Notes: a model not told the origin generated them from the sequence alone. A stretch of 30,761 bases of DNA from a virus (IMGVR_UViG_3300024520_000341:1-30761); one strand, 5' to 3'; positions 8,591-17,758 are shown, counted from the stretch's first letter. Made by a program: numbers and translations.

Positions 8591-8599
8591 GCTTCGATC

Positions 8600-10177
8600 A
8601 TGCCAGCCGCCGTCCAACATTTTAGTGCGTTCGATTATCTGGAGATGCCGAAGGCTGACCTGGATAATCTGCCGAAGAACCTAGTTCAATTCAAGTCTGA
8701 TCTGGACGGGTTCACGGAAGAGGAGCTTCATCTACTAAGATGGCGGATGGCATGGAAGGGGATGGCTCGGGAGAAGCAGTTCCCGCCTGAGACATTCGCG
8801 TCGTTCGAGAAGACCATCTGGGGAGTGCGTTCAGGACGAGGCTTCGGGAAGACTCTGTGCGCCGCGAACTGGCTCGGTGGTGAGGCATGCGCGGTCTCGG
8901 GAATCTACGCCGTCGTCGCTCCGACCCACGACGACGTGAGACACACATGCTTTGAGGGACCGACCGGTCTTCTGTCCGTGATACCGGACAAGTTAATTAT
9001 TGACCAGAACCGAGGACTGCCGAGTATCACACTTTGGAACGGCTCGTTCATCCGCGGATTTGCCGGGGATACACCGGAACGACTGCGAGGACCTCAGTAT
9101 CACAAAGCATGGTGCGACGAGATAGCATCGTGGAAGTATCCTCAGGATGCGTGGGATAACTTGTGGTTCGGTCTTCGTTTAGGTGACCACCCGCAGGTCA
9201 TGTGGACCGGGACTCCCAAGCCGACTCCGTTCATGCGTCGTCTGGACAAGGACCCGAACAGTGTTACGGTCACCGGATCTACGTACGAGAATCGGGAGAA
9301 CTTGCCGCAGACTTTTTACGACAACGTCGCGAAGTACGAGGGAACGAAGGTCGGGCGACAAGAGATCTGGGGCGAGATCCTAGATCCTGAGGAGGAGGGC
9401 ATTGTCCGTCGCAGTCAGTGGAGACTCTGGCCAGCGAGCAAGCCTCTTCCTGAGTTCCAGTTGATCGTCATGAGCTTGGACACTGCGTACACCGAGCAGC
9501 AGCACGACAAGAAGAAGCAGTCCAACGACCCGACCGCGTGTTCAGTGTGGGGACTATTCTCGCACAAGGAGAAGAACTCCAGACACGCGCAACAGAATGT
9601 GATGCTCCTTGATTGCTGGGAAGAGTGGCTCGGGTTCACGGATCTGATCACTCGTGTCAAGAAGGAGCGGAAGCTGACGTACGGTGACGCGGACGAGCCG
9701 GTGCTCAAGCCTCTGGGACGGAGAGCCGTGGATCGCCCGAGGCATCAGGGAAAGGCGATTGACATTATACTCATAGAGGAGAAGGCGAGCGGTATCAGCG
9801 CGCGTCAGCAGTTAGCTAAGGAGGATGTCCTCACTCACGGATACAATCCTGGAAAGGCCGACAAGCTGACCAGGCTCCACGTCGTCAGTCCGATGTGGGC
9901 TCACCGAAGAGTCTGGGCGATAGAGAGCAATGTCAACGCCGGTCAGCCCAGAAGTTGGGCGGACGGTCTGATTACTCAGGTCTGTAGTTACATCGGCGAG
10001 GGGAGTATCGAGTACGATGATTTGTTGGACACGACGACGCAGGCACTGCGACTCATGATGGACGACCACATCGGACCACTGACTGTCAAGAAAGATCCCA
10101 TTGAGATCAAGCGTCAGCAGGCTCGCATGGACGCGGAGAAAGTCAAGCGAACATCTGCGGGGACGTACGATGGGTAG
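8600..10177 (+). CDS. terL: Terminase large subunit
   Basis: Walker A SGRGFGKT, LRGPQ, Walker B WCDEIASW, motif III TGTP; nuclease motifs SLDTAY, IEEKASG and YDDLLDTTTQA. Confidence 0.95.
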   Translation: MPAAVQHFSAFDYLEMPKADLDNLPKNLVQFKSDLDGFTEEELHLLRWRMAWKGMAREKQFPPETFASFEKTIWGVRSGRGFGKTLCAANWLGGEACAVSGIYAVVAPTHDDVRHTCFEGPTGLLSVIPDKLIIDQNRGLPSITLWNGSFIRGFAGDTPERLRGPQYHKAWCDEIASWKYPQDAWDNLWFGLRLGDHPQVMWTGTPKPTPFMRRLDKDPNSVTVTGSTYENRENLPQTFYDNVAKYEGTKVGRQEIWGEILDPEEEGIVRRSQWRLWPASKPLPEFQLIVMSLDTAYTEQQHDKKKQSNDPTACSVWGLFSHKEKNSRHAQQNVMLLDCWEEWLGFTDLITRVKKERKLTYGDADEPVLKPLGRRAVDRPRHQGKAIDIILIEEKASGISARQQLAKEDVLTHGYNPGKADKLTRLHVVSPMWAHRRVWAIESNVNAGQPRSWADGLITQVCSYIGEGSIEYDDLLDTTTQALRLMMDDHIGPLTVKKDPIEIKRQQARMDAEKVKRTSAGTYDG

Positions 10178-10871
10178 TCGCGTAGCATACTTAGCAGATG
10201 TCCTGGACAGGCTCCAGGAGCTGTACCGAAAGAATCTTTCTCCGCTTCGAAAAAGCGCCGTTGAGTTATACGGAGGTGAGGGAGCCACGATCAATAGAGC
10301 ACTCGCGCTCCAAGATAAAATCCGCGGACCACAGTCGGCTGCCAAGTTCTGGAAGCTCCAGGATGAGGTGACAGACGACATGGAAATATACGGAGACATG
10401 AATCGAGCCGTGGAGTTCCCAGAAATAATCGGCGCTCTGGACAACACGATTCTACAAGCACCTAGACTGGACGAACCCGCAGACGTGTACCGAATTCTTC
10501 GTGGTGACAGACGTCGCCCTATTGCTGGACACTCGCCAGGGTATCTGTCTACGTCCGCAGCTCCTGAAGCCGCATTCAAATCCGGGGTTCAGTCTCGTAA
10601 TCGTGACGCCGAGAGAGTGGATCGCCTGATTAAAATAGGCATCCCCGAAAACGACCCTCTATTATATGTACACCCAAGGATCGGCGGGTTCGCGGGAGAG
10701 AAGGAAGTTCTGCTTCCTCGCAACAAGAGACTCAGACCCGCCGGAGTTGAGAAAATTAGTGATGACATGATGGATCAGTACTTGGATGCCCCGGAGAGTG
10801 AAGACGCCTCCCTTCACAGAATGCTATTTAAGTACGATCTATTAGACAGAGCCGAAGGAGGCCGAGTATGA
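10170..10871 (+). CDS. ADP-ribosyltransferase (R-S-E, VIP2/exoenzyme-like)
   Basis: ATG at 10170 overlaps the end of terL. Catalytic motifs occur in order: VYR, GYLSTS..P..AF, LIKIGIP...LYV, EKEVLLPR (ExE). Its stop overlaps the portal start. Confidence 0.82.
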   Translation: MGSRVAYLADVLDRLQELYRKNLSPLRKSAVELYGGEGATINRALALQDKIRGPQSAAKFWKLQDEVTDDMEIYGDMNRAVEFPEIIGALDNTILQAPRLDEPADVYRILRGDRRRPIAGHSPGYLSTSAAPEAAFKSGVQSRNRDAERVDRLIKIGIPENDPLLYVHPRIGGFAGEKEVLLPRNKRLRPAGVEKISDDMMDQYLDAPESEDASLHRMLFKYDLLDRAEGGRV

Positions 10872-13450
10872 GTACTAGAGAAGAGGAAGTCCGAGACTCC
10901 ATCATGGAGTTCGAGGACACTGACAAAGACGTCGAGATGCTGGATGATGGCAGCTCGATAGTAACTCTGCCGGAAGGAGGGGATGTTTCTCAGGGAACTG
11001 AGGGAGAGTTCTACGATAATCTTGCGGAGAGCATTCCGATCCATGTTAGAACCGCGCTCGCGACTGTACTTAAAGAAGCGATCGACATAGACAAGGAGAC
11101 ACGATCCAAGAGAGACAAGGAGTACGCGGAGTCAATCCGTCGTACTGGTCTCGGTAAGGAAGCTCCGGGTGGCGCGGCGTTTGATGGCGCGAGCAAGGCA
11201 GTCCATCCTCTGCTCACGGAATCTACTGTCGACTACGCCTCGCGCGCGATTAAAGAGTTGGTCCCGTCCGACGGTCCGGTTCGAACTTACATACCGGGAA
11301 CAACGTCCAGCCCAGATCGTCTGGAGAAGGCGGACCGAAAGAAAGACTACATGAACTGGCAGTTTCTAACTCAGATGCCTGAGTTCCGTCCTGAGATTGA
11401 ACAGCTTCTGCCGCAGATGTCTCTTAACGGTTCGCAGTACCTGAGGCTCACGCCGGACACGTCTCTCCACAGAATCCGAGCGGTTCCCAAGTACGTCCCG
11501 CAGGATCAGGTCTACATTCCGTACGCCGCGTCCAGTTTCTACTCGGCCGAGCGTCAGACGTACGCCGAGCCGATTACGATGTCTGAGTTCGAGTCCAGGG
11601 TCATGGACGAAATGTACTTGGACATTGAGGGAGTCACGACCACTCAGTACCCGGAGCAGTCCGAGGCTCAGAAGGCTTCCGACTCCGCGGAGGGTAAGGC
11701 GATCACGGACTACTATAATAAGGACGGCGTCCGGATCGTGTACGAGATCAGCATGTTCCACGCGTTCGACGAGGACGAGCAGAACGGAGGCCGTCCCGTT
11801 CCGTACATAATTTCTATGGACGAGCCGACCGGAAAGATAGTCAGCGTCGTTCGTAATTGGGAAGAGGATGATCCGGACTTCGAGAGGATGCAGTGGATGG
11901 TCGAGTTTGCATTCGTTCCGTGGCGCGGAGCGTACTCGATAGGACTCGGCCAGATGATCGGTAGCCTGTCGGGAGCGGCGACCGGCGCGCTGCGAGCTCT
12001 GCTTGACGCGGCTCACGTGAACAACATACCGACGGCGGTTCGTTTGAAGGGAGCCAACTTCTCCGGCCAGACCAAGTCGTTGAACGCCGCTGAGATTACG
12101 GAGATCAGTGGCGGCGTCGGTTCGGACGACATACGAAAGCTGCTCATGCATCTGCCGTTCAATTCGCCGTCTCCCGTCCTGTACCAACTCCTCGGGTTCT
12201 GCGTCGACGCCGGTAAGGGTGTCGTGAGAACAACGATGGAGCACATGGCAGAGGGCAAGTCGAACATGCCTGTCGGCACGACGTTGGCGATGTTGGAAGA
12301 TGGGATGCACGTGATGGGAGCGATCCATCTTCGCTCGTACCACTCCATGACCAAGGTCATCGAGATTCTCCACCGCATTAACAAGATGTACATGACTGAC
12401 GAGCAGGTCAGCGAAGAGGTCGGGGAGGTCATAGCGTACAGGGAAGACTTCCAGGGACCTATGGATGTCATACCTACCGCCGATCCGCAGATCTTCAGCG
12501 ACGTCCAAAGAATTGCTCAGCTTCAGATTGTCAGCGAAAGAGCAGATGCGCATCCGGAACTGTACAACCGTCGACTCGTCGAGAAGAGGCTCCTGGACAG
12601 AACGAAGATTCCCAATCCAGAGGAACTCCTGATCCCCGAGCAGAAAGTCGAGCCGATGAATCAGGTCAACGAGAACATCGCGATGACTCTCGGCAGACCA
12701 GTCTCGGCGTTCCCAGATCAGGATCACCTTGCCCACATGCAGGTCCTCCTGGATTATGTCTTAGATCCGACGTTCGGGCAGTTGCCGATCATAGCTCCGA
12801 CGTTCTTGCCAGCGGCGATGCAACATCTCAAGGAGCATCTCGTTCTGTGGTACGCTCAGACCAATTTCGAATTGCTGAAGGAGGCCACTGACTTGGATGA
12901 CGAAGGACTGCAGAAGATCATGGCTGATCAGGATAAGGAGGCTAAGAAGGAGATGGACAGAACTCTCGCTTCTGGGTCGTCTCTAGTATTATCTAGGTCA
13001 GCGACACTGTTCGGGTCGGTCCCCGTGATTGTGCAGAACGTCCAGCAGATGTTGGAGTCGTTCAAGCCGGATATGCCAGATCTTCCAGTCGACCCGAACG
13101 CCCAGGCAGAAACGCAGCGGAAGGCGCAGGAGTCTTCGGAGAAGATGGCCGCTCAGGCTCAAAGCGATCGGCAAGACATGGAACTAGAATTTGCCAAACT
13201 CTCTGTAAAGGAACGAGCGGATGCTCTGTCGGCAGCGCAGGAAGAGGCACTAGCAGCGAGTGCGAGAGCTTCACGGCTCCACGAGCTGATGCTTCAAGAA
13301 CGCGCACGCGACGAGCGTACAATCGCCGAGTTGGGATCTGCAGAGCGCCGAAATACTCAGGACAACCTGACGGCGCTACAGATCGCGGCAGCAGAGATTG
13401 CTTCTGGGGACAAGACCAGCCTCAGCACCGGAACGGGTATAAACCCATGA
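10868..13450 (+). CDS. Portal protein
   Basis: 860 aa just after terL. FYDNLAE, FDGASKAVHPLL.E, YMNWQ, PWRGAYSIGL..MIG.LS.AATGALRALLDAAH, PVGTTLA and DVIPTADP are typical of the long podovirus portals found next to GroES; coiled-coil C-terminal barrel. Confidence 0.88.
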   Translation: MSTREEEVRDSIMEFEDTDKDVEMLDDGSSIVTLPEGGDVSQGTEGEFYDNLAESIPIHVRTALATVLKEAIDIDKETRSKRDKEYAESIRRTGLGKEAPGGAAFDGASKAVHPLLTESTVDYASRAIKELVPSDGPVRTYIPGTTSSPDRLEKADRKKDYMNWQFLTQMPEFRPEIEQLLPQMSLNGSQYLRLTPDTSLHRIRAVPKYVPQDQVYIPYAASSFYSAERQTYAEPITMSEFESRVMDEMYLDIEGVTTTQYPEQSEAQKASDSAEGKAITDYYNKDGVRIVYEISMFHAFDEDEQNGGRPVPYIISMDEPTGKIVSVVRNWEEDDPDFERMQWMVEFAFVPWRGAYSIGLGQMIGSLSGAATGALRALLDAAHVNNIPTAVRLKGANFSGQTKSLNAAEITEISGGVGSDDIRKLLMHLPFNSPSPVLYQLLGFCVDAGKGVVRTTMEHMAEGKSNMPVGTTLAMLEDGMHVMGAIHLRSYHSMTKVIEILHRINKMYMTDEQVSEEVGEVIAYREDFQGPMDVIPTADPQIFSDVQRIAQLQIVSERADAHPELYNRRLVEKRLLDRTKIPNPEELLIPEQKVEPMNQVNENIAMTLGRPVSAFPDQDHLAHMQVLLDYVLDPTFGQLPIIAPTFLPAAMQHLKEHLVLWYAQTNFELLKEATDLDDEGLQKIMADQDKEAKKEMDRTLASGSSLVLSRSATLFGSVPVIVQNVQQMLESFKPDMPDLPVDPNAQAETQRKAQESSEKMAAQAQSDRQDMELEFAKLSVKERADALSAAQEEALAASARASRLHELMLQERARDERTIAELGSAERRNTQDNLTALQIAAAEIASGDKTSLSTGTGINP

Positions 13451-13675
13451 AGCGCCATACATTCGGGGTCAAATGTCCCTCGGTAGCGCGTGAGCGTGCG
13501 TACTTGTTCCCTGGAAGTATATTGAGGAACCTTGCGGGAATCTGCGGGGATTTGGTGGGTCCGGTCTAGACGCATCGGACAGAAGAGGAGACTACGGAGT
13601 GAGAAACGATGAAGAACAGATGGTAGTAATCAGGGCGATTCGGGTTGTTGCGCGGTTGTCAAACGCGGGTGTACT

Positions 13676-13876
13676 ATGCAACGGGAATTAGAACTTTTCC
13701 TCAGCAGAGCCAAAGGCTTACAGGATGATTTGGCACACGCTCGCTTGTCCACGCCTCAGGACCCTACGGTCTTCGGGTACGGAGTAGCCTGCGGGGAGTA
13801 CCGAGGTCTTGGTCGCGCCGTGGAGTTGTTAGAAGAGGTTATGGAGGAAGTAGCGAATGACGAAAGAACAAAGTAG
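13676..13876 (+). CDS. Small conserved head-module hypothetical protein
   Basis: FGYGVACGEYRGL..A..LL motif of the small helical protein typically found between portal and GroES genes. Confidence 0.65.
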   Translation: MQRELELFLSRAKGLQDDLAHARLSTPQDPTVFGYGVACGEYRGLGRAVELLEEVMEEVANDERTK

Positions 13877-14369
13877 TTTGAATCTGGCGGATGCGGGTGC
13901 ATCGTCGGCGAGTACTGGTGGCGGGCCGAGCGAGGTTGCTCGCTTGAATCCTCGCAGCCAGATGGCTTACGATACAATTGAGTCGGCGTTCCCAGATGTC
14001 GATCCCGGCCTTCGGCCATTCGGGGATAAGGTTCTGGTGCAGATACGAACCCCGAAGACTATGACTACCGGCGGCATCTATATTCCAGAGGAGTCGCGCG
14101 AAACTGAGCAGTGGAACACTCAGGTAGCGAAAGTCATTGCGCTCGGACCGTTGGCCTATCACAACCGCGATACCGGAGAACTCTGGCCTGAGGGATTGTG
14201 GGTTGAGCCGGGGATGTTTGTACGTTCTCCTAAGTATGGCGGAGATCGGTGGCAAGTCCCTGTGCCTAACTCTAGAGATTCAGCGCTGTTCGTGCTGTTT
14301 AGGGATCACGATCTGGGTGGCGAAATCCCAGAGGACAGGGCTCTGGAAACCCTGGCGTACATAATTTAA
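13857..14369 (+). CDS. groES: GroES/Cpn10-like co-chaperonin
   Basis: LRPFGDKVLVQ, mobile loop TTGGIYIP, AKVIALGP, KYGG and LFRDHD; GGAGG SD; ~45-aa N-terminal extension. Confidence 0.88.
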   Translation: MTKEQSSLNLADAGASSASTGGGPSEVARLNPRSQMAYDTIESAFPDVDPGLRPFGDKVLVQIRTPKTMTTGGIYIPEESRETEQWNTQVAKVIALGPLAYHNRDTGELWPEGLWVEPGMFVRSPKYGGDRWQVPVPNSRDSALFVLFRDHDLGGEIPEDRALETLAYII

Positions 14370-14399
14370 TCTGACCAAAGACTGAAGGAGTCTTTTAGA

Positions 14400-15413
14400 A
14401 TGAGCAACGATAACGACGACAAAAACGAAGACCAAGAGAGTGATGAGCTCGAAATGGTCGGCGAAGGTGTCGAGGATATCTCTGCAGGAGAAGGAACCGA
14501 TGACGACGCTGCGACTGGAAAAGATGAGGACGGAGTAGTCGGCGACGACGATGATGAAGGCGGCGACGAAAGAGTCGGAGCCGGCGAGAACGAAGATGAC
14601 GACGACCCGAAGGCTGGAAGGCGGGAAGAGAACAAGACCCGTCGGAAGAGGCAGCGAGCAGCCAGGGAACGCGACAGGAAGGAGTTAGAATACTGGCGAG
14701 GAAGAGGTGAGCACCTAGAGAAGCAAGTCATGTCCATGGCAGCTCGCATGGATCAGGGTGAGGAATCTACACTTGATTCTAGTATTAACAGAATTGATTC
14801 AGCGATTAAACGCGCCGAAGAAGTTCACGCCACTGCGACAACTGCCAGCAACGGAGAGGACGCCACTGAGGCACTACGAATCCGCGACGATCTTCGCGAT
14901 CGAAAGGCTGTCTTAGTAGCTCAGCGGGAGAATTTCAAGACGAGGAAGGCAGCTCCCGCGCCAGCTCCAGCCGCTGACCCAGAGACGGTTCGTCTTCTTC
15001 GTGAGTGGCACGGAAGGAATCAGTGGTTTGATTTCCAGAAGCGCGACGAAGATTCTGCGATCGCATCTGCGATTGACGGAGTTCTGGTTCGTGAGGGTTA
15101 CAGTCCTGGGACTGCGGCGTACTACACGGAGCTGGACAAGCGAATCGCTGTGAGGCTTCCACATCTTGCTTCTGCGTCTGACGATGACGGTGACGAAGAT
15201 AACCCCAAGCCCAAGAAAAAGACCAACGGAAAGAGGGGACCTAAATTCCGCGCTCCGGGTGGGCGATCGGGGTTGAAGAGCAATCAGGTCCACATAACTA
15301 AGGAGCGCCGAGAGGCGATGGAAGAGGCCGGAGTTTGGGACGATCCAATACTGCGCGCGCGGACACTGAAACGCTACGCGAAGTGGGATGAAGAACATGC
15401 CGACCAAATTTAA
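14400..15413 (+). CDS. Putative capsid scaffolding protein
   Basis: Acidic disordered N-terminus, coiled coil, W..RNQWF and YY.ELDKRI motifs, short basic helical C-terminus; lies upstream of the capsid genes. Confidence 0.65.
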   Translation: MSNDNDDKNEDQESDELEMVGEGVEDISAGEGTDDDAATGKDEDGVVGDDDDEGGDERVGAGENEDDDDPKAGRREENKTRRKRQRAARERDRKELEYWRGRGEHLEKQVMSMAARMDQGEESTLDSSINRIDSAIKRAEEVHATATTASNGEDATEALRIRDDLRDRKAVLVAQRENFKTRKAAPAPAPAADPETVRLLREWHGRNQWFDFQKRDEDSAIASAIDGVLVREGYSPGTAAYYTELDKRIAVRLPHLASASDDDGDEDNPKPKKKTNGKRGPKFRAPGGRSGLKSNQVHITKERREAMEEAGVWDDPILRARTLKRYAKWDEEHADQI

Positions 15414-15446
15414 TTTTAACAACTCACTGAAAGAGGGAGTTATAAC

Positions 15447-16085
15447 GTGGTAGATAGTAGAATAGGAAAGTCCTCTGGTTCTCAGTCCTCGAAGAAGAAA
15501 GCGAAGACTACAATCAAGAAGACAACTGCGGGACGTAATGAGCGAACGCCAAGTCAAGCTCGACGTAGTCGTGCCTCCGATGATAGGGATGGTGCGCAAA
15601 ATCGAGAGCTGACAGACGCGGCAAGACTCGACGAGTTTCGAAAAACACTTTTCCAGTCCGTGCTGCCCGACCTACCGCCAATTAGAGGGTATCATGTCTG
15701 CTGGCTGACAACTACAAATCCCAGAGATTCTATCGCAGGTAGAATTCGTCTTGGGTACGAACCCGTTCAACAGAACGATGTCCCCGGCTGGGAACACGCG
15801 TCTCTGAAGACTGGAGAGTACCAGGGATGTATCGGTGTGAACGAGATGGTTGCGTTCAAACTTCCGATTCATCTTTATGAGATGTACATGCGAGAAGCTC
15901 ACCACAACCAACCGCTAGAAGAAGAGGGGAAACTCTCATCTGTAATCGATGTTATTCGAGAGCAGGCTGAAAGCGCAGCGAAGAGCGGGTCACGTGGGAT
16001 TAAGTTTGAGGTCGAAGAAGGCACGGAAGAGCTGGGCCAGGTGCGGGATCCAGGTTCGTTCGCCGAACAGATCGGCGAGTATTAG
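15447..16085 (+). CDS. Conserved phage head-module protein of unknown function
   Basis: LPPIRGYHVCWL...R.RLGYEPV...IGVNEMVAFKLP pattern; lies between scaffold and capsid genes; GGGAG SD. Confidence 0.7.
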   Translation: MVDSRIGKSSGSQSSKKKAKTTIKKTTAGRNERTPSQARRSRASDDRDGAQNRELTDAARLDEFRKTLFQSVLPDLPPIRGYHVCWLTTTNPRDSIAGRIRLGYEPVQQNDVPGWEHASLKTGEYQGCIGVNEMVAFKLPIHLYEMYMREAHHNQPLEEEGKLSSVIDVIREQAESAAKSGSRGIKFEVEEGTEELGQVRDPGSFAEQIGEY

Positions 16086-16138
16086 TAGGACTTGGCTCCA
16101 GCTTTGATTTTTCAAATCTGATTTAATGGAGTCAATTT

Positions 16139-16690
16139 ATGAGTACATCAGCAGCTCCGTTCGGATTGCGAGTCGCCTATCATCCGTCTGGCGTAGCCAG
16201 ACCTTCGATGGGAAGCATCGCTTCAGCGTACCCGACGAACATCTTCAAGGGATCCCCGGTTCGGGTCACAGCAGCAGGGACTCTCGAAGTCGCCGCCGCT
16301 GGGACTACGGCAGTGGGCATCTTCCTTGGTGTCGAGTACGCCGACTCGGAAGGAATTCAGCAGAATTCCAACCGATGGTTAGCGAGTACCGTCGCGACGA
16401 ACGTTCGTGCGTATTACACGCAGGACCCAAATATTGTCTACGAGATCCAGGCAGATGCGAGCCTCGCCCTCACGGGTATGCTTCAGCAGTATGACTGGAC
16501 AGCTCTCGCTGGCAACACGACGACAGGTCTGTCGTCCGTGGCGTTGGGAATTTCAACAGCAGCAGCGAACGCTGGCTTGCGAGTCATTGGTGTGAACCCA
16601 GGACCGGACAACGACTGGGGTGACGCGTTCACCATAGCTCTCGTTCAGTTCTCTGAGCATCAGTCCGTAGCCACAATCGCGTCCGTCTAA
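16139..16690 (+). CDS. Putative capsid cement/decoration protein
   Basis: APFGLR start, IFKGSPV, GIFLGVEY and DPNIVYEIQAD; immediately precedes the major capsid gene. Confidence 0.65.
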   Translation: MSTSAAPFGLRVAYHPSGVARPSMGSIASAYPTNIFKGSPVRVTAAGTLEVAAAGTTAVGIFLGVEYADSEGIQQNSNRWLASTVATNVRAYYTQDPNIVYEIQADASLALTGMLQQYDWTALAGNTTTGLSSVALGISTAAANAGLRVIGVNPGPDNDWGDAFTIALVQFSEHQSVATIASV

Positions 16691-16705
16691 GGGAGGATCT
16701 AAACT

Positions 16706-17632
16706 ATGTCAGCACCAATGAGGTCTCAGGACTTCCGGTCCGTTGTCGAGCCGATCCTTAACGAGGTCTTCGACGGAGTTTACGATCAGAGAGCCGATGA
16801 GTGGAAGAGTTGCTTCACTGCGAGGGAAGGTATCAAACGTTCCTACCATGAAGAGCCAGTCCTGTTCGGGTTCGGCGCAGCTCCCGAGCTGCCCGATGGC
16901 ATGCCGGTCACTTACAATTCCGGTGGCACTCTGTTCATTCAGCGTTACGTTTATCGAGTCTACGGTCTAGCCTTCGCGCTGACCAAAGTTCTCGTGGAAG
17001 ATGGCGATCATATCAAAATCGGAAAGATCTACGCAGAGCATCTTGCTCAAAGCATGATCGAGACGAAGGAAACGCTGTGCGCCAACATCTTTAACCGCGC
17101 CTTCAACGGCGCATTTCTAGGAGGTGATAACGTCGCCTTGAACGTGACCACTCACCCACTCGCACCGGGTGGAACTGCGGGAACGTTCTCCAATCTGCTC
17201 TCGACCGCTGCGGCTCTTTCGCAAACGTCTCTCGAGCAGATGCTGATCCAGATTCGCAACGCCGTAGATAATAACGGCAAGCGGATTCGCCTCACACCGA
17301 AGAAGATTATTACTGGTCCGAGCCAGATCTTCCAGGCTGAGGTGTTGCTCAAGAGTGTCTTGCGCGCTGGAACGGCTAACAACGACATCAACCCGATCAA
17401 GTCCATGGGTATGCTGGCTGAGGGGCAGGCTAATCTGTCTCGCATCACCAGCACGACCGCTTGGTGGATTGGGACCGACGCGCCGAAGGGACTTCAGATG
17501 ATGAAGCGACGTGCGCTCGAGAAGTCGATGGAAGGTGACTTCGAGACTGACTCAATGCGGTACAAGTCCACGGAACGCTACGTTCCTTCTTGGACGGATC
17601 CGCGAGCAGTCTGGGGAACTCCTGGTCTATAA
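16706..17632 (+). CDS. Major capsid protein (HK97 fold)
   Basis: YHEE..LFGFGAAP...G..V.Y, YGLAFALT....EDG, LAQSM.ETKE, LSQTSLE, EGDFETDSMRYKSTERY..SWTDPR..WGTPG; GGAGG SD. Confidence 0.9.
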   Translation: MSAPMRSQDFRSVVEPILNEVFDGVYDQRADEWKSCFTAREGIKRSYHEEPVLFGFGAAPELPDGMPVTYNSGGTLFIQRYVYRVYGLAFALTKVLVEDGDHIKIGKIYAEHLAQSMIETKETLCANIFNRAFNGAFLGGDNVALNVTTHPLAPGGTAGTFSNLLSTAAALSQTSLEQMLIQIRNAVDNNGKRIRLTPKKIITGPSQIFQAEVLLKSVLRAGTANNDINPIKSMGMLAEGQANLSRITSTTAWWIGTDAPKGLQMMKRRALEKSMEGDFETDSMRYKSTERYVPSWTDPRAVWGTPGL

Positions 17633-17668
17633 AACAGACCCACTCCAGGACTCTGCAAGAGGGTTCTA

Positions 17669-17744
17669 AGTCATGGTGGGAGCCCAATGTTAACGGGCTC
17701 CCGCTTTTTACCTCCACCGGATGTTAAACGGTGGGCCATGAACT
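17669..17744 (+). ncRNA. Three-way-junction RNA element with twin NAUGUUAAN loops; the first hairpin doubles as an intrinsic terminator candidate
   Basis: GGGAGCCC-aatgttaac-GGGCTCCC then GCTTTTT (17678-17709); CCACCG-gatgttaaa-CGGTGG (17714-17734); both enclosed by TCATGG/CCATGA (17671-76/17736-41). Confidence 0.6.
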
Positions 17745-17758
17745 AACCGGAGATTAAA

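Noticed and set aside
11366-12736. 456-aa antisense ORF within the portal gene (and similar antisense ORFs elsewhere)
   Set aside because: Typical antisense shadow of GC-biased codon usage; no motifs or SD.
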